This document shows positions 50,773 through 61,514 of a stretch of 64,000 bases of DNA, piece by piece. Under the pieces are notes generated by a model that was given only the letters and a program-made list of their open reading frames with translations, had not been told where the DNA came from and ran no database searches. A program made the position numbers and the translations under genes. The stretch's first letter is position 1. The number at the start of each line of letters is the position of its first letter. The stretch covers positions 960,001 through 1,024,000 of the forward strand of contig OZ243913.1 of assembly GCA_965213705.1 (NCBI GenBank), written 5' to 3'. The DNA comes from Trueperaceae bacterium. GTDB taxonomy: Bacteria > Deinococcota > Deinococci > Deinococcales > Trueperaceae.

Positions 50773-51942
50773 GTGGCACTAACACGTAAAATGTTCGTTT
50801 TGATAACGGTATTGGCCCTCAGTTTCAGCCTGGCGCAGACGATTAAGATTGGCGCGGTAGCTTCGGCGACCGGCGGCGCGGCAGCCCTCGGCGAGCCCGA
50901 GGCGAACACCTTCAGGCTCTTGCAAGACCAGCTCAACGCCGCCGGTGGCATCGCCGGGCACGACGTCGAAATCATCTTTTTGGACGACGCCACCGACACC
51001 CAGCAGGCCGTGACGAACGTCAACCGCTTGATCTCTGAAGACGGCGTTCACGCGGTGATTTGCTGCACCATCACCGCGAACTCACTCGCCATTATCGACA
51101 CCGTCCAGCAAGCCGAGGTGCCGACCGTGTCGATGGCGGCGTCGGCCGCAATTATCGAACCCGTGGCCGAGCGGTACTGGGTGTTCAAAACGCCGCAGAC
51201 GGATAGACTGATGATTACCGGCATCGTCGAAGACATGGGGGCTCGAGGGCTCGAGACCGTCGCTTTTATGGGCCTGGACGACGCCTTTGGCGAGGGCGGT
51301 TTGACCGAACTGCAAGCGCTCTTAGAGAACAACGACGTTGAACTCGTCACGACCGAGCGCTACGGCCGCAACGACACCAACGTCACGCCGCAGGCGCTGA
51401 AAGTGGTCTCGAGCCAACCCGACGCGGTGCTCATCTGGGGCGTCGTGCGCGACTCGGCGCTGGCGGTGCAAGCCTTGAAAGACCGCAACTACCAGGGCCA
51501 GATTTATGTCAGCCACGGCGTCGGCAACCCGAGCTTTCTGGAACTCGCCGGCGACGCCGCCAACGGCGTGCGCTTGCCCATCGGCCCGATGATTGTCGCC
51601 GACGAGCTTGCCGACGACGACCCCATCAAGCCCGTCGCCACTCAATATGTTGCAGATTATGACGCGATGTTCGGCCCGGGCACGGCCAGCACCTTTGGCG
51701 GACACGCCTGGGACGCGGTGCAACTCTTAAAACTCGCCATCGAAAAAGTAGCGGCGGACGGCGTGGACTTGAACGACCTCGAGGCGAGCCGCGTGGCGAT
51801 TCGGGACGCGCTCGAGGCGGTCGGCCCTTACACGGGCGTCGGCGGCGTGTTCCAGTACAGCGCCGAGGACCACCTGGGCCTGGACGACCGCGCCCTCGTC
51901 CTCGTCGAAATTGCCGACAACACCTGGACGCTGGCGAAGTAA
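50773..51942 (+). CDS. Branched-chain/aromatic-acid ABC substrate-binding protein
   Basis: Signal peptide, IKIG...TG, N..GGI.G, FKTP, AWDA. Confidence 0.9.
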   Translation: MALTRKMFVLITVLALSFSLAQTIKIGAVASATGGAAALGEPEANTFRLLQDQLNAAGGIAGHDVEIIFLDDATDTQQAVTNVNRLISEDGVHAVICCTITANSLAIIDTVQQAEVPTVSMAASAAIIEPVAERYWVFKTPQTDRLMITGIVEDMGARGLETVAFMGLDDAFGEGGLTELQALLENNDVELVTTERYGRNDTNVTPQALKVVSSQPDAVLIWGVVRDSALAVQALKDRNYQGQIYVSHGVGNPSFLELAGDAANGVRLPIGPMIVADELADDDPIKPVATQYVADYDAMFGPGTASTFGGHAWDAVQLLKLAIEKVAADGVDLNDLEASRVAIRDALEAVGPYTGVGGVFQYSAEDHLGLDDRALVLVEIADNTWTLAK

Positions 51943-52115
51943 GCAGCTAAAGGGTTTGGGGCGTGCAAGCGCCCCTCTTTTATCAAACAGTTCCACCTAT
52001 TGGGACAGTTCAGCGACCTTACCAGCAGGCCCCACCGGCTAGACGGGCCGCCTCCCCGTAAAAAGGGAGGCAAAGTCAAACCCCATTTGTTCAAACATAT
52101 TTTGGAAGTGCCAGC

Positions 52116-53159
52116 GTGTTCGACCCCGCCATCGTCCTCACCCTGCTGTTCGACGGCCTCACCAACGGGGCCATCTACGCGGTCATGGCGCTCGGCATCG
52201 TCGTGCTTTATTCGGTCACCAACGTCATCAACGTGGCGCAGGGCGAGTTCGTGATGCTCTCGGCCTTGAGCGTGGCGAGTCTGCGTTCCGGCGCGGTGCC
52301 GGGCACGCTCTACATCGTGGTGGCGGGGCTGCTGGCGTGGAGCGTGTTCAACGCGTTCGGGGTATGGCGAGAACGCAGCGGGCGAGCCGTGCTCGGCGTC
52401 GTGTGGCCGCTTCTGGCGGCGGCGGCGCTGTTCGTTTTGGTGCCGTTGCTGGTACGAACGAGCCTCGGCTACCCGCTCCAAATTCTCGTCGCGGTCGCCC
52501 TCACGACGCTGCTGGGGCCGATTTGCTACCGGATTATCGTCCAGCCGCTACCGCGGGCGTCGGTGCTGGTGTTTCTGATTCTGGCAATCGGCCTGCACCT
52601 GGTTTTGACCGGTTTGGGGCTCGCTTTTTGGGGGCCGCAGCCTTATAGCATTCCGGCGTTTCAGCGCGGCGGGACGAGCGTCGGGCCGGCGTTCGTGAGC
52701 TACCAGGCGCTGTGGCTGCTCGCGGCGACCGCGCTGCTGATGGTGCTGTTGGCGCTGTTTTTCAACCGGACGATGTACGGTAAAGCGCTGCGGGCGGCGG
52801 CGGTGAACCGGCTCGGCGCGCGGCTCTCGGGCATCAGCGTGGTGCGGGCGGGCAGCGTGAGCTTTACCCTCTCGGTGTTTTTGAGCGCGGTGGCGGGCGT
52901 GCTCATCACGCCGATAACGAAGATGGTCTACGACTTCGGTTTTTTGCTCGGGTTGAAGGGCTTCGTCGGCGCGATTATCGGCGGACTCGTCAACCCGGTG
53001 GTGGCGGCGCTGGGCGCGCTGCTCGTGGGCGTGGCCGAGCAGTTCAGCGCGTTTTATATTTCCTCGGCGTACAAGGACGTGCTCGTGTTTTTGCTCATCA
53101 TCCCGGTCTTGGTCTTACGCTCGCTGCAGCACCAGGATTTTGAAGAGCACATTGATTAG
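52116..53159 (+). CDS. LivH-like permease
   Basis: GAIYA..ALG, NVAQGEF, GKALRAAA.N, KGFVGAIIGG. Confidence 0.9.
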   Translation: MFDPAIVLTLLFDGLTNGAIYAVMALGIVVLYSVTNVINVAQGEFVMLSALSVASLRSGAVPGTLYIVVAGLLAWSVFNAFGVWRERSGRAVLGVVWPLLAAAALFVLVPLLVRTSLGYPLQILVAVALTTLLGPICYRIIVQPLPRASVLVFLILAIGLHLVLTGLGLAFWGPQPYSIPAFQRGGTSVGPAFVSYQALWLLAATALLMVLLALFFNRTMYGKALRAAAVNRLGARLSGISVVRAGSVSFTLSVFLSAVAGVLITPITKMVYDFGFLLGLKGFVGAIIGGLVNPVVAALGALLVGVAEQFSAFYISSAYKDVLVFLLIIPVLVLRSLQHQDFEEHID

Positions 53160-53201
53160 GATGGCCGGCTCGAGGGCGGCCGGCTTGAGGGCGGCAGCCT
53201 G

Positions 53202-55034
53202 ATGGCGGAGAAGCGTGCGGGGCCGCTGACGGCCGTTGTGAAAGGCTCGAGCCCCCCCTGGCGCACCCTACTTCTCGGCTTGTTTTTGGTCGGGTTGGCG
53301 GTCACGCCGTTACTAGCCTCCGTCTTTTACGTGCGCCTGCTCAGCCTCGTCGGGCTGTACGGCCTGGTGGTCATGGGGCTCGTCCTGCTGACCGGCTACG
53401 CGGGCCTCGCGTCGCTCGGGCAGGCGGCGTTTGTGGGAACGGGCGCGTACACGGCGGCGATACTGGCGAGCCGCTTCGGGCTCAACCCGTGGCTGGGTAT
53501 TGTCGCCGGAATAGGCTTGTCTGTAGCCATCGCGTTTCTTATCGGGCTCGTCACCCTGCGGCTCAAAGGGCATTTTTTGGCGCTGGCGACGCTCGCCTGG
53601 GGCCTCATCATCACCGGGATTATTCGCAACTGGATTGGCGTGACGGGCGGCAACACCGGCTTCGGCAGCGCGACGGGGAACCGCTATCCGCCCTTGAGCG
53701 TGTTTGGTTTTGAACTGCGTGGCGAACGCGTGTACGCCTACCTCATCTGGCTGTGCGTGCTTCTAGTGCTGCTGTTGTCGCTCAACCTGATGCGCTCGCG
53801 CACCGGGCGGGCGGTCAAAGCTTTGCGCACCGGCACGGTCGCGGCGGCGTCGTTCGGGGTAGACGTGGGGCGGTTGAAAATGGTGATTTTTCTGCTCGCC
53901 GCCGCCTTCGCCGCGCTCGCGGGCGGGCTGTTCGCGTTCCGGGAACTCTTCATCGACCCGCAGTTGGCGGGCTTGAACGCGTCCATCGACTACCTCATCA
54001 TGGCGGTGCTCGGGGGGGTGGGGTCGCTGTGGGGTGGGCTGTTCGGGGCGGGGCTGTTCGTGCTGTTGAGCGAACTGCTGCAAGACTACCTGCCCCGAAT
54101 CCTCGGGCGGAGCGGCAACTTCGAGACGGTGGCCTTCGGACTGATTCTCATTCTCGTGTTACATCAGGCGCGGCAAGGGTTGCTGCCGCTGCTGGGCCGC
54201 CTGCTGCCCGAACCCCCACCCGCGCCCGTCAAGGACGCCGCCCCCCTGCCGCCGCGCCCCAAGCCCGACGTTTCAGGGCCGCTGCTCGAGCTTCGACACG
54301 TCTCCAAAACCTTCGGCGGCTTGAAAGCGGTCAACGACCTCTCTTTCGAAGTCCGTCCAGGTGAAATCTTGGCCCTCATCGGGCCGAACGGGGCGGGCAA
54401 GACGACGCTGTTCAACCTCGTCACGGGCGTGCTCGCGCCGAGTGCGGGCGAAATCCTCTTCGCGGGCGAGCCTATTCACGGACGGCCCCCACACGTCGTG
54501 GCGCGGCGCGGGCTGGCGCGCACCTTTCAGCACCTCAATTTGATAGGCAACTTGAGCTTGCTTGAGAACGTCGCGCTGGGCGCGTACACCCGCACGCGCT
54601 CGAACCTGTTTCAGGGGATGCTCGCCCTGGAACGTGCCGAGGCCGCGCGCACCCGCGCCGAGGCATACCGGCAGTTGGGGCGCGTCGGTCTAGCTGAATA
54701 CGCCTTCGACGCGGCGAACAGTTTGCCGCTGGGCAAACAGAGACTTTTGGAAGTGGCTCGAGCCCTCGTCGCCGACCCGGTGCTGCTTCTTTTGGACGAG
54801 CCCGCTGCGGGTTTGCGCAAACACGAAAAAGCCGAACTCGTCCTGCTCATCCGCAGGCTCAAAAACGAGGGCGTTACCATCCTCCTCGTCGAGCACGACA
54901 TGGAACTCGTCATGGACTTGGCCGAGCGCGTCGTGGTGATGAACTACGGGGAAAAGCTCGCCGAAGGGACGCCCGCCGAAGTGCGGGGCAATCCGCAGGT
55001 GCTCGAGGCCTACCTGGGCGTAGAGGATGACTGA
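53202..55034 (+). CDS. LivM-LivG permease/ATPase fusion
   Basis: [10 protein letters not shown] and LRLKG TM part; [18 protein letters not shown]. Confidence 0.92.
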   Translation: MAEKRAGPLTAVVKGSSPPWRTLLLGLFLVGLAVTPLLASVFYVRLLSLVGLYGLVVMGLVLLTGYAGLASLGQAAFVGTGAYTAAILASRFGLNPWLGIVAGIGLSVAIAFLIGLVTLRLKGHFLALATLAWGLIITGIIRNWIGVTGGNTGFGSATGNRYPPLSVFGFELRGERVYAYLIWLCVLLVLLLSLNLMRSRTGRAVKALRTGTVAAASFGVDVGRLKMVIFLLAAAFAALAGGLFAFRELFIDPQLAGLNASIDYLIMAVLGGVGSLWGGLFGAGLFVLLSELLQDYLPRILGRSGNFETVAFGLILILVLHQARQGLLPLLGRLLPEPPPAPVKDAAPLPPRPKPDVSGPLLELRHVSKTFGGLKAVNDLSFEVRPGEILALIGPNGAGKTTLFNLVTGVLAPSAGEILFAGEPIHGRPPHVVARRGLARTFQHLNLIGNLSLLENVALGAYTRTRSNLFQGMLALERAEAARTRAEAYRQLGRVGLAEYAFDAANSLPLGKQRLLEVARALVADPVLLLLDEPAAGLRKHEKAELVLLIRRLKNEGVTILLVEHDMELVMDLAERVVVMNYGEKLAEGTPAEVRGNPQVLEAYLGVEDD

Positions 55035-55755
55035 ACCCCTGCTGCGCGTCGAAAGGTTGAGCGTCCGTTACGGCGGCGTGCAAGCCCTTTCCGACGTGTC
55101 GCTCACCGTCGAGCGCGGCACGCTTGTGAGCGTCATCGGGGCGAACGGAGCGGGGAAGACGAGTCTTTTGAACGCGGTTACCGGGGTCATCCCCAAAAGT
55201 TCCGGGCGGGTGCTGTACGACGGTGTAGACATTACCAGGGCCGCGCCCGAAGACCTCGTGCCGCGGGGCGTAACGTTGGTGCCCGAGCGCCGCGAACTGT
55301 TCGCGGCCTTGAACGTGGCGGACAACCTGCAACTCGGCGCGTACCACCGCTACGCCCGGCGCGGGCGCGGCATTCGTGAGGACTTAGCGCGTGTCTACCA
55401 AACTTTCCCGCGTTTGGGCGAGCGCAAAAGCCAACTTGCCGGGACGCTCTCGGGCGGCGAGCAGCAAATGTTGGCCGTGGGCCGCGCCATGATGAGCCGC
55501 CCCAAGTTGCTCCTTCTCGACGAGCCGAGCTTGGGGCTGGCTCCTTTAATCGTCAAAGCGATTTTCGAGGTCGTCGCCCGGTTACGCGCCGAGGGGACGA
55601 CGGTGTTGCTGATTGAACAAAACGCTCGAGCCGCCCTGCGTTTGGCTGATTATGCTTACTTGCTCGAGACGGGCGAGGTTGTGGCGGGTGCGCCCGCCGC
55701 GGAACTCGCGCAGGACGAGCGCGTGGCGCGTGCGTATTTGGGCCTGGGCGCGTGA
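55027..55755 (+). CDS. LivF-like ABC ATPase
   Basis: [22 protein letters not shown]. Confidence 0.93.
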   Translation: MTEPLLRVERLSVRYGGVQALSDVSLTVERGTLVSVIGANGAGKTSLLNAVTGVIPKSSGRVLYDGVDITRAAPEDLVPRGVTLVPERRELFAALNVADNLQLGAYHRYARRGRGIREDLARVYQTFPRLGERKSQLAGTLSGGEQQMLAVGRAMMSRPKLLLLDEPSLGLAPLIVKAIFEVVARLRAEGTTVLLIEQNARAALRLADYAYLLETGEVVAGAPAAELAQDERVARAYLGLGA

Positions 55756-55778
55756 GAGCGTGAATGGCCTGTCAGCCT

Positions 55779-55859
55779 GTCATTCTGAACGCAGCGCAGT
55801 GAAAGAATCTCGTTTGTAACGTACCGCCGAGAGATTCTTTCGCTAGCGCTCAGAATGAC
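55779..55859. repeat. REP-like palindromic element
   Basis: gtcattctgaacgc..gaaagaatct ... agattctttcgc..gctcagaatgac. Confidence 0.75.
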
Positions 55860-55942
55860 GAACAGGTCCTGATTGGCCGGCCTGTGTTGTCCGGCAACTT
55901 TTTCAGGTGGCTCGAGTAAACTGAGACCTACAAGGAGACAGC

Positions 55943-57265
55943 ATGTTCAACCCCGACCTCGAGACCCTGCCGCGCGACCGCCTGCGCACCTTGCAAGACG
56001 AGCGCCTGCGCAACCTTATGAGGTACGTTTACGAGCGCGTGCCGTTTTACAAAAACCTGTTCAACGCTTCAAACCTTCGTCCGAGCGATTTCAAAAACAT
56101 CGACGACCTCACCCGCTTGCCCTTCACGACGAAACAGGACTTGCAGCAAGGCTACCCGTTCGGTTTGTTCGCGGTGCCGCAGGTTGAGGTCGCCCGGATT
56201 CACGCGAGCAGCGGCACAAGTGGTAAGCCGACGCTGGTCGGCTACACGAAGCGCGACTTGGCAACCTTCGCCGAGGTCAACGCCCGCTGTCTCGCCGCGG
56301 CGGGCGCGCGGCCGGGGATGCTGTTTCACAACGCCTACGGCTACGGCCTGTTTACCGGCGGTTTGGGGCTGCATTACGGCGCGGAGGCGCTCGGTCTCAC
56401 CGTCGTGCCGGTGTCGGGCGGCATGACCGAGCGGCAGGTTACGCTCATCCTGGACTTGAAGCCGGAGGTCATCGCCTGCACGCCGAGCTACGCGCAGACG
56501 CTTTCCGGCGAGTTTCGGGCGCGCAACATCGAACCCGAGGACATAAGTCTCAAGTACGGCGTGCTCGGTGCGGAGCCGTGGACGGAGAGTATCCGTCAAG
56601 ATGTAGAGAGCGGCCTCGGCCTGAAAGCCACGAACATCTACGGCCTCAGCGAAATCATCGGCCCCGGCGTGTCGAACGAGGCCGTGGAGGAGCAGGCGGG
56701 TGCGTACATCTGGGAAGACCACTTTTACCCCGAAATCGTCCACCCCGACACGGGCTTGCCACTTCCCGACGGCGAAGAAGGCGTGCTCGTCATCACCACG
56801 CTGACCAAAGAAGCGTTGCCGCTGCTGCGCTACTGGACCGGCGACATCACCGCGCTGACGCGCGAACCCGGCGCGACCGGCCGCACTCATGCTCGCATGG
56901 GCATGATTCGCGGGCGCAGCGACGACATGCTCGTCATCCGCGGGGTGAACGTGTACCCGACGCAAATCGAGGCGGCCCTCGAGCACTTTCCCGAACTCGC
57001 CCTGCACTACCAGCTCGTCGTGACGCGGCGCGGCACCCTGGACGAGTTAGAGCTGAGAATCGAACTCAGCGATGCGGCGCACGCGCAAGCGGGGGATGAA
57101 ATGGACTCCGAGAGCGCATTTCTCAGCAGCTTACGTGACCGCGTTCGGCACCGCGTCAAGGACACGGTGGGCGTCACGCTGACGCCCACGCTGATGCCGC
57201 CGGGCAGCATTCCGCGGAGTGCGGGCGGGAAGTTGAGGCGGACGGTGGACGAGCGGAACTTGTGA
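55943..57265 (+). CDS. paaK: Phenylacetate-CoA ligase
   Basis: HASSGTSG, YGYGLFTGG, GAEPW, YGLSE, RYWTGD, GRSDDM. Confidence 0.93.
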   Translation: MFNPDLETLPRDRLRTLQDERLRNLMRYVYERVPFYKNLFNASNLRPSDFKNIDDLTRLPFTTKQDLQQGYPFGLFAVPQVEVARIHASSGTSGKPTLVGYTKRDLATFAEVNARCLAAAGARPGMLFHNAYGYGLFTGGLGLHYGAEALGLTVVPVSGGMTERQVTLILDLKPEVIACTPSYAQTLSGEFRARNIEPEDISLKYGVLGAEPWTESIRQDVESGLGLKATNIYGLSEIIGPGVSNEAVEEQAGAYIWEDHFYPEIVHPDTGLPLPDGEEGVLVITTLTKEALPLLRYWTGDITALTREPGATGRTHARMGMIRGRSDDMLVIRGVNVYPTQIEAALEHFPELALHYQLVVTRRGTLDELELRIELSDAAHAQAGDEMDSESAFLSSLRDRVRHRVKDTVGVTLTPTLMPPGSIPRSAGGKLRRTVDERNL

Positions 57266-57353
57266 AGGTCGTTATAGCGATAACGTGTTTAACGCACTTC
57301 AAGATTTGACAGAGGCTATTCAACCAACGATTTTGGTTTTTTGCAGCGCCCGG

Positions 57354-57572
57354 TTAAGCGGCACTCGAGACCTCAATGAAAAAACTTTCCGAGCTTGGTG
57401 CAGGGACGGGTTCACCGCTTTCGATAAGCCCTTCAATATGAAAAGAGATAGCTTCTCGAATAAGCTCTTTAACCTCGCTTTCAGTGTCACCCACGGCGAT
57501 ACAGCCGGGTAAATCAGGGACATAAGCGCCGTAGCTCGTATCGCCCTTTTCAATGACAACCATGTACTTCAT
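57354..57572 (-). CDS. hicB: HicB antitoxin (short form)
   Basis: YGAYVPDLPGCIAVGDT..E...EAI. Confidence 0.92.
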   Translation of the reverse strand: MKYMVVIEKGDTSYGAYVPDLPGCIAVGDTESEVKELIREAISFHIEGLIESGEPVPAPSSESFFIEVSSAA

Positions 57573-57582
57573 AGTTTACCCT

Positions 57583-57768
57583 TCACTTCAAGTCAGCTTG
57601 TTTCAAGGCGTTCTCGAGCGTCCCTCTGGGAATATCTTTACTCGGTTTGCCTGCTACCATTACCAAACCTGATTTCCCAGGGTGCTTGAATTGACGATGG
57701 CTGCCTTTGGTGCGGACTTGTTGCCAACCGGCCTCCTCGAGCAGCTTGATGAGTTCACGGACTTTCAC
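57583..57768 (-). CDS. hicA: HicA toxin
   Basis: GW...R.KGSH.QFKHP, GTL...KQA. Confidence 0.92.
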   Translation of the reverse strand: MKVRELIKLLEEAGWQQVRTKGSHRQFKHPGKSGLVMVAGKPSKDIPRGTLENALKQADLK

Positions 57769-57819
57769 CTGGCTACAGCTTACAGAACTAAACGTGATCA
57801 GACCATCGCCTTACTGTGA

Positions 57820-58527
57820 CTACGGCAAATCTCCATAAAGAGCGGTCTTGTCAACTATCTGAACGCTGATGCTAGTGATTGCTGGTGCGCCGTCGTTCTG
57901 GTAGCTTGACTGTAGTGGAACTGGTCCTAGAACCGCGTAACCACCCAACCTATAACCAGTAAAGTACAATGCGTTCTCACCATTCTTCATCCTCATCCTA
58001 ATCTCCGCGCCGATGAGCATGTCTTCGTCGTAAGCGCCGGGATTAACGCCGGGGTCAAAGTTGATTAGATCCGCTGTTGCGTCAGCGTTTTGCCAGTCAA
58101 GCGCATCCGAAAGAAGTTCTACAGTGAGTTTGGGGCTGATGTAGTTGAGCAGTTCGGGTGGGTAAATTTCTCGTAAAGCCGGGTAGTCGGGATAATCCGT
58201 GTCAGGTGTCGCGCTCACCTTAACCGTAATGTCAACCTCACGTAGAAGCGCACCCGGTTCGAAGAACACTTCTCTGGGTTCACCCAAAAAGTCAACGACG
58301 ATGCTGCCGCCGTCCGGTCCTAACGTCTGCGTTATCTCAGCGTCGGCCTGAACATCTTGCAAAAGGATGTCTACCTGATTCACTTGAGCCTGAACTATTT
58401 CTTGTAAGGTGTTGACGGCCAAACCCACATTAAATGAACTCGACAAGCTCAAGACAGCGGTTGTAACAAGTATCCGATTCATCCACTCACTTTGCGCGTG
58501 CCAGCCTTCCAGCATGTACCTGAACAT
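57820..58527 (-). CDS. Low-GC hypothetical secreted protein
   Basis: Hydrophobic leader; LGPDGGSI...FEPGAL...I beta motif. Confidence 0.6.
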   Translation of the reverse strand: MFRYMLEGWHAQSEWMNRILVTTAVLSLSSSFNVGLAVNTLQEIVQAQVNQVDILLQDVQADAEITQTLGPDGGSIVVDFLGEPREVFFEPGALLREVDITVKVSATPDTDYPDYPALREIYPPELLNYISPKLTVELLSDALDWQNADATADLINFDPGVNPGAYDEDMLIGAEIRMRMKNGENALYFTGYRLGGYAVLGPVPLQSSYQNDGAPAITSISVQIVDKTALYGDLP

Positions 58528-58617
58528 GCGCTAGGGTAGCGCCTCGAGCACCTATCACCCAGCTAAAACCGTCACACCTTTCGGCTTAGTCGTCAACCTG
58601 TTTGTTATGATTTTGCC

Positions 58618-59211
58618 GTGATAAGCAGTCCTATCGTTCTAACCGGCCGGGTGGTGCGGCTCGAGCCTCTACGCCCCGAACACGTCGCGCCGCTTTACCA
58701 CATCGCCCTGAAAACTCCCGACGAATACCGTTTCACCTCGACCCCCGTAACCGAAACGCAGCGCGACGCTTACTTCGCCAAGGTTTTTGCCGAGCAGGGC
58801 GCGGGCCGGAGCTTTCCTTTCGTGATGCTGTACGACGGCGAAATTATCGGGACGACGCGGCTGGCCGACTACAGTGCCAACGAGCGCAACTGCGAACTCG
58901 GCTACACCTGGTTCGACGCTGAGTATTTTGGCACCGCCGTCAACACCGACAGCAAGCTCCTCATGCTGGGTTTTGCGTTTGAAACGCTTCAAGTGCTGCG
59001 CGTACAACTCACCGTGGACGCGCGGAACGAGCGCTCGCAGGCGTCCATCAAGGCGCTCGGCGCGGTGTTCGAGGGCGTGCTGCGCAGCCACAAGGTTGTG
59101 AAAGACGGTTTCGTGCGGGACACGCTTGTGTTTTCGATTCTGCAAAGTGAGTGGGTGGGCGTGAAAAAGAGGTTGCAGGCGCGGCTGCAAGAGAAGCTCA
59201 ACGAGGGGTGA
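58618..59211 (+). CDS. RimJ/RimL-type GNAT acetyltransferase
   Basis: VRLEPL, ELGYTW, NERS...LGA.FEG.LR. Confidence 0.9.
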   Translation: MISSPIVLTGRVVRLEPLRPEHVAPLYHIALKTPDEYRFTSTPVTETQRDAYFAKVFAEQGAGRSFPFVMLYDGEIIGTTRLADYSANERNCELGYTWFDAEYFGTAVNTDSKLLMLGFAFETLQVLRVQLTVDARNERSQASIKALGAVFEGVLRSHKVVKDGFVRDTLVFSILQSEWVGVKKRLQARLQEKLNEG

Positions 59212-60532
59212 GGCGCAGCGGCAGGCCACCTTTAGGCTGAACCGTGTTGCCGGTTTCGGCTACAGGCGCTGTCCAGGCGGCCTCGAGCCCGTATCCCGTC
59301 ACCAACTCGACCAAGAGCAGCTTGACGAGCAGCGTCGCCAGCCCCGCGCCGATGCAGTAGCGTGCGCCGTAACCGAAAGGCAGGTAGGTGAACGGCTCGG
59401 GCGTGAAACCGTCCCGCCAGCGCTCAGGTTTGAATTTTAAGGCGTCCTCGAAACTTGCCTCTTGCCGCTGCGTCACGTAAATCGAATAGGCGACGAGGCT
59501 GCCTTTCGGGATGAGGAAATCTTTATAAACAACGTCTTCGCGCGCCTGCCGCAGCCCGGCGGGGGCGGCGGGGTAGAGGCGGAGGGTTTCTTTGACCACG
59601 TGCTCGAGCAGCGGCGAGCGCAGTTTGTCTTGAAGAGTTGTAAATGCTTTGAGTTCGTCGCGTAGTTCGTTCAAAACTTCCCGGTGCTCGAGCAGCAAGT
59701 ACACCGCCCAACTGAGCGCGGCGCTCGTCGTGTCGAAGCCCGCGGACACGAGGCTCACCGCCTGGTCGCGGAGTTCGGTTTCGGAGAGGGCGTTGCCCGC
59801 TTCGTCTCTGGCTTCCAGCAGCATCCCCAGCACGTCGTCGGAAGCCTCATCAGCCTTTTTGCGCCGCGTGATTTCGGTGTACAGACTGCGGTCGGCAGCC
59901 GCTCGAGCCCGCAAAAATCTTGACCAAGGCAGGCCGGGCACGGGGAGTTTGAACTGCTGCGCCAGAAAGGGCGAGTTGGCGAAGTCCATCATCGCAGCGA
60001 TGTTGCTCAAGAGTCCGGGGTAACGGGTCAAGGTTTCTGCGCCGAGCAGGATTTCGGTGATGGACTCCAAAATATGAGGTCGCACCTCGGCGTAGAAATC
60101 TAACGTTTCACCCGTCGCCAGCCTTTCCAAAAAACTCTCGTTGCGGGTTTGAAGATGCTCAGTCCAACCCTGTACCCGCCGCCCGTGAAACGCCGGTTGC
60201 ACCAGTCGCCGCCTTGATAGATGCTCGGGCTCGTCGCTCGTGATGAGCGCCGTGTCCCCGCCGATGGTGCGTAAAAAGCCGTACGCCCCGCCCAGCGTGA
60301 AACTCTCCGGCCGCTCCGCCAACACAAAGCGCAATGCCTCCGGCCCGACGAGCCAGTGAAAGCGTATCGGCCCGAAGCCGAACACCGACAGCTCGCCGTA
60401 GGTCTGCGCCAGGTCCCAAACGGCCGCGTTGGTGTAGGTCGCGGCTTGTTGCATGACTCGGAGGTGAGCTAGTCTGGTCGGGCCGGGAACTGCTTTCAAA
60501 CCGCTTGGGGTTGCCGGATTAGCGAGAGACAT
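59198..60532 (-). CDS. Cytochrome P450
   Basis: AGFDTT, ETLR, PERW, heme motif FGYGARYCIG. Confidence 0.95.
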   Translation of the reverse strand: MSLANPATPSGLKAVPGPTRLAHLRVMQQAATYTNAAVWDLAQTYGELSVFGFGPIRFHWLVGPEALRFVLAERPESFTLGGAYGFLRTIGGDTALITSDEPEHLSRRRLVQPAFHGRRVQGWTEHLQTRNESFLERLATGETLDFYAEVRPHILESITEILLGAETLTRYPGLLSNIAAMMDFANSPFLAQQFKLPVPGLPWSRFLRARAAADRSLYTEITRRKKADEASDDVLGMLLEARDEAGNALSETELRDQAVSLVSAGFDTTSAALSWAVYLLLEHREVLNELRDELKAFTTLQDKLRSPLLEHVVKETLRLYPAAPAGLRQAREDVVYKDFLIPKGSLVAYSIYVTQRQEASFEDALKFKPERWRDGFTPEPFTYLPFGYGARYCIGAGLATLLVKLLLVELVTGYGLEAAWTAPVAETGNTVQPKGGLPLRLTPR

Positions 60533-60535
60533 GAG

Positions 60536-61105
60536 CTACGGCTGGGGAAGGGGCACGGGAATTTTGTAAACCACCTCGTCCAAAACGTTGCCGGAGATGC
60601 CCGTTTCTGTACGCTCCTCGAGGACTTCGCCGCCGAGCGAGACGGGAATTTTGCGGCTGGAAACGTTGCGTTTGTCGACCGGGTAGATGAACGACTCGAG
60701 CCTCAAATTCTCTTGTGCCCACAGTGCTAAGGTTCGAATCGCTTCTCTGCCCAAACCCCGACCATGCGCACCCTTTTTGAGCCAGATGCCGAACTCGGGG
60801 TTTCGGGGGTCGTCCCGGCCGTGCAAGCCGCAGCAGCCCAAGAATTCGTTTTCGGGTTTCTCGAGGATGACGAACTGTAAATTGTCACCCTCGGTAAAAC
60901 CTTCCAAGCTCGCTTCGATAAACGCCCTGGTTTCCTCGACGCTGTCGGCGGGTTTGGGAATCATGTAGGTCGTGATGTCGCTGCTGAACTCGGTGAAAAT
61001 GTCCTGCTCGAACGCCCTCGCGATGCTGACCAGGCGAACCCGCTCGCCTTCGATGTTTAAGTTGAACAGGTCGGGTTTGGAGCCGGTAAACTCGAAAGCA
61101 CTCAT
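60536..61105 (-). CDS. RimJ/RimL-type GNAT acetyltransferase
   Basis: EFGIWL...HGRGLG, N.SSRK. Confidence 0.88.
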   Translation of the reverse strand: MSAFEFTGSKPDLFNLNIEGERVRLVSIARAFEQDIFTEFSSDITTYMIPKPADSVEETRAFIEASLEGFTEGDNLQFVILEKPENEFLGCCGLHGRDDPRNPEFGIWLKKGAHGRGLGREAIRTLALWAQENLRLESFIYPVDKRNVSSRKIPVSLGGEVLEERTETGISGNVLDEVVYKIPVPLPQP

Positions 61106-61514
61106 CGTGGCGCTTTGTTTGCAGGTGAGAGTAGTGTGGCAGACACCTCAGCAGTATACTTCAACGCTTTTCTACAGAACCGTGCAGCGTCAGTTGTTTT
61201 GTAACCTCAAATCGAGAAGAGCAGCATGACCGTTGCCAGCGAGCCCAGCAGCGTGAGGACGTGTTCCAGCCGTGACGCGGTGCTGTTTGGAACGAAACTT
61301 ATCGCTATGGTCGTGACAACAGAAAAGATGATGAGGGCAATGCCGACCGACCCTATCCAGTCTCCTGAGCCCCTTGAAGGGCCTGTCCAATCCCAGGGCC
61401 GTGAAAAAACCATCACAGCCCCAATGGCAAGAGTTATGAAGATAAGCGCAAGTGTAGAGAACAGTGTGGCAATCAAAAGGGATTTGACCTGAATGGGAAT
61501 CAAAAGATTAGCTA

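Noticed and set aside
57262..57353. Possible gene remnant between paaK and hicB
   Set aside because: Too short to assign
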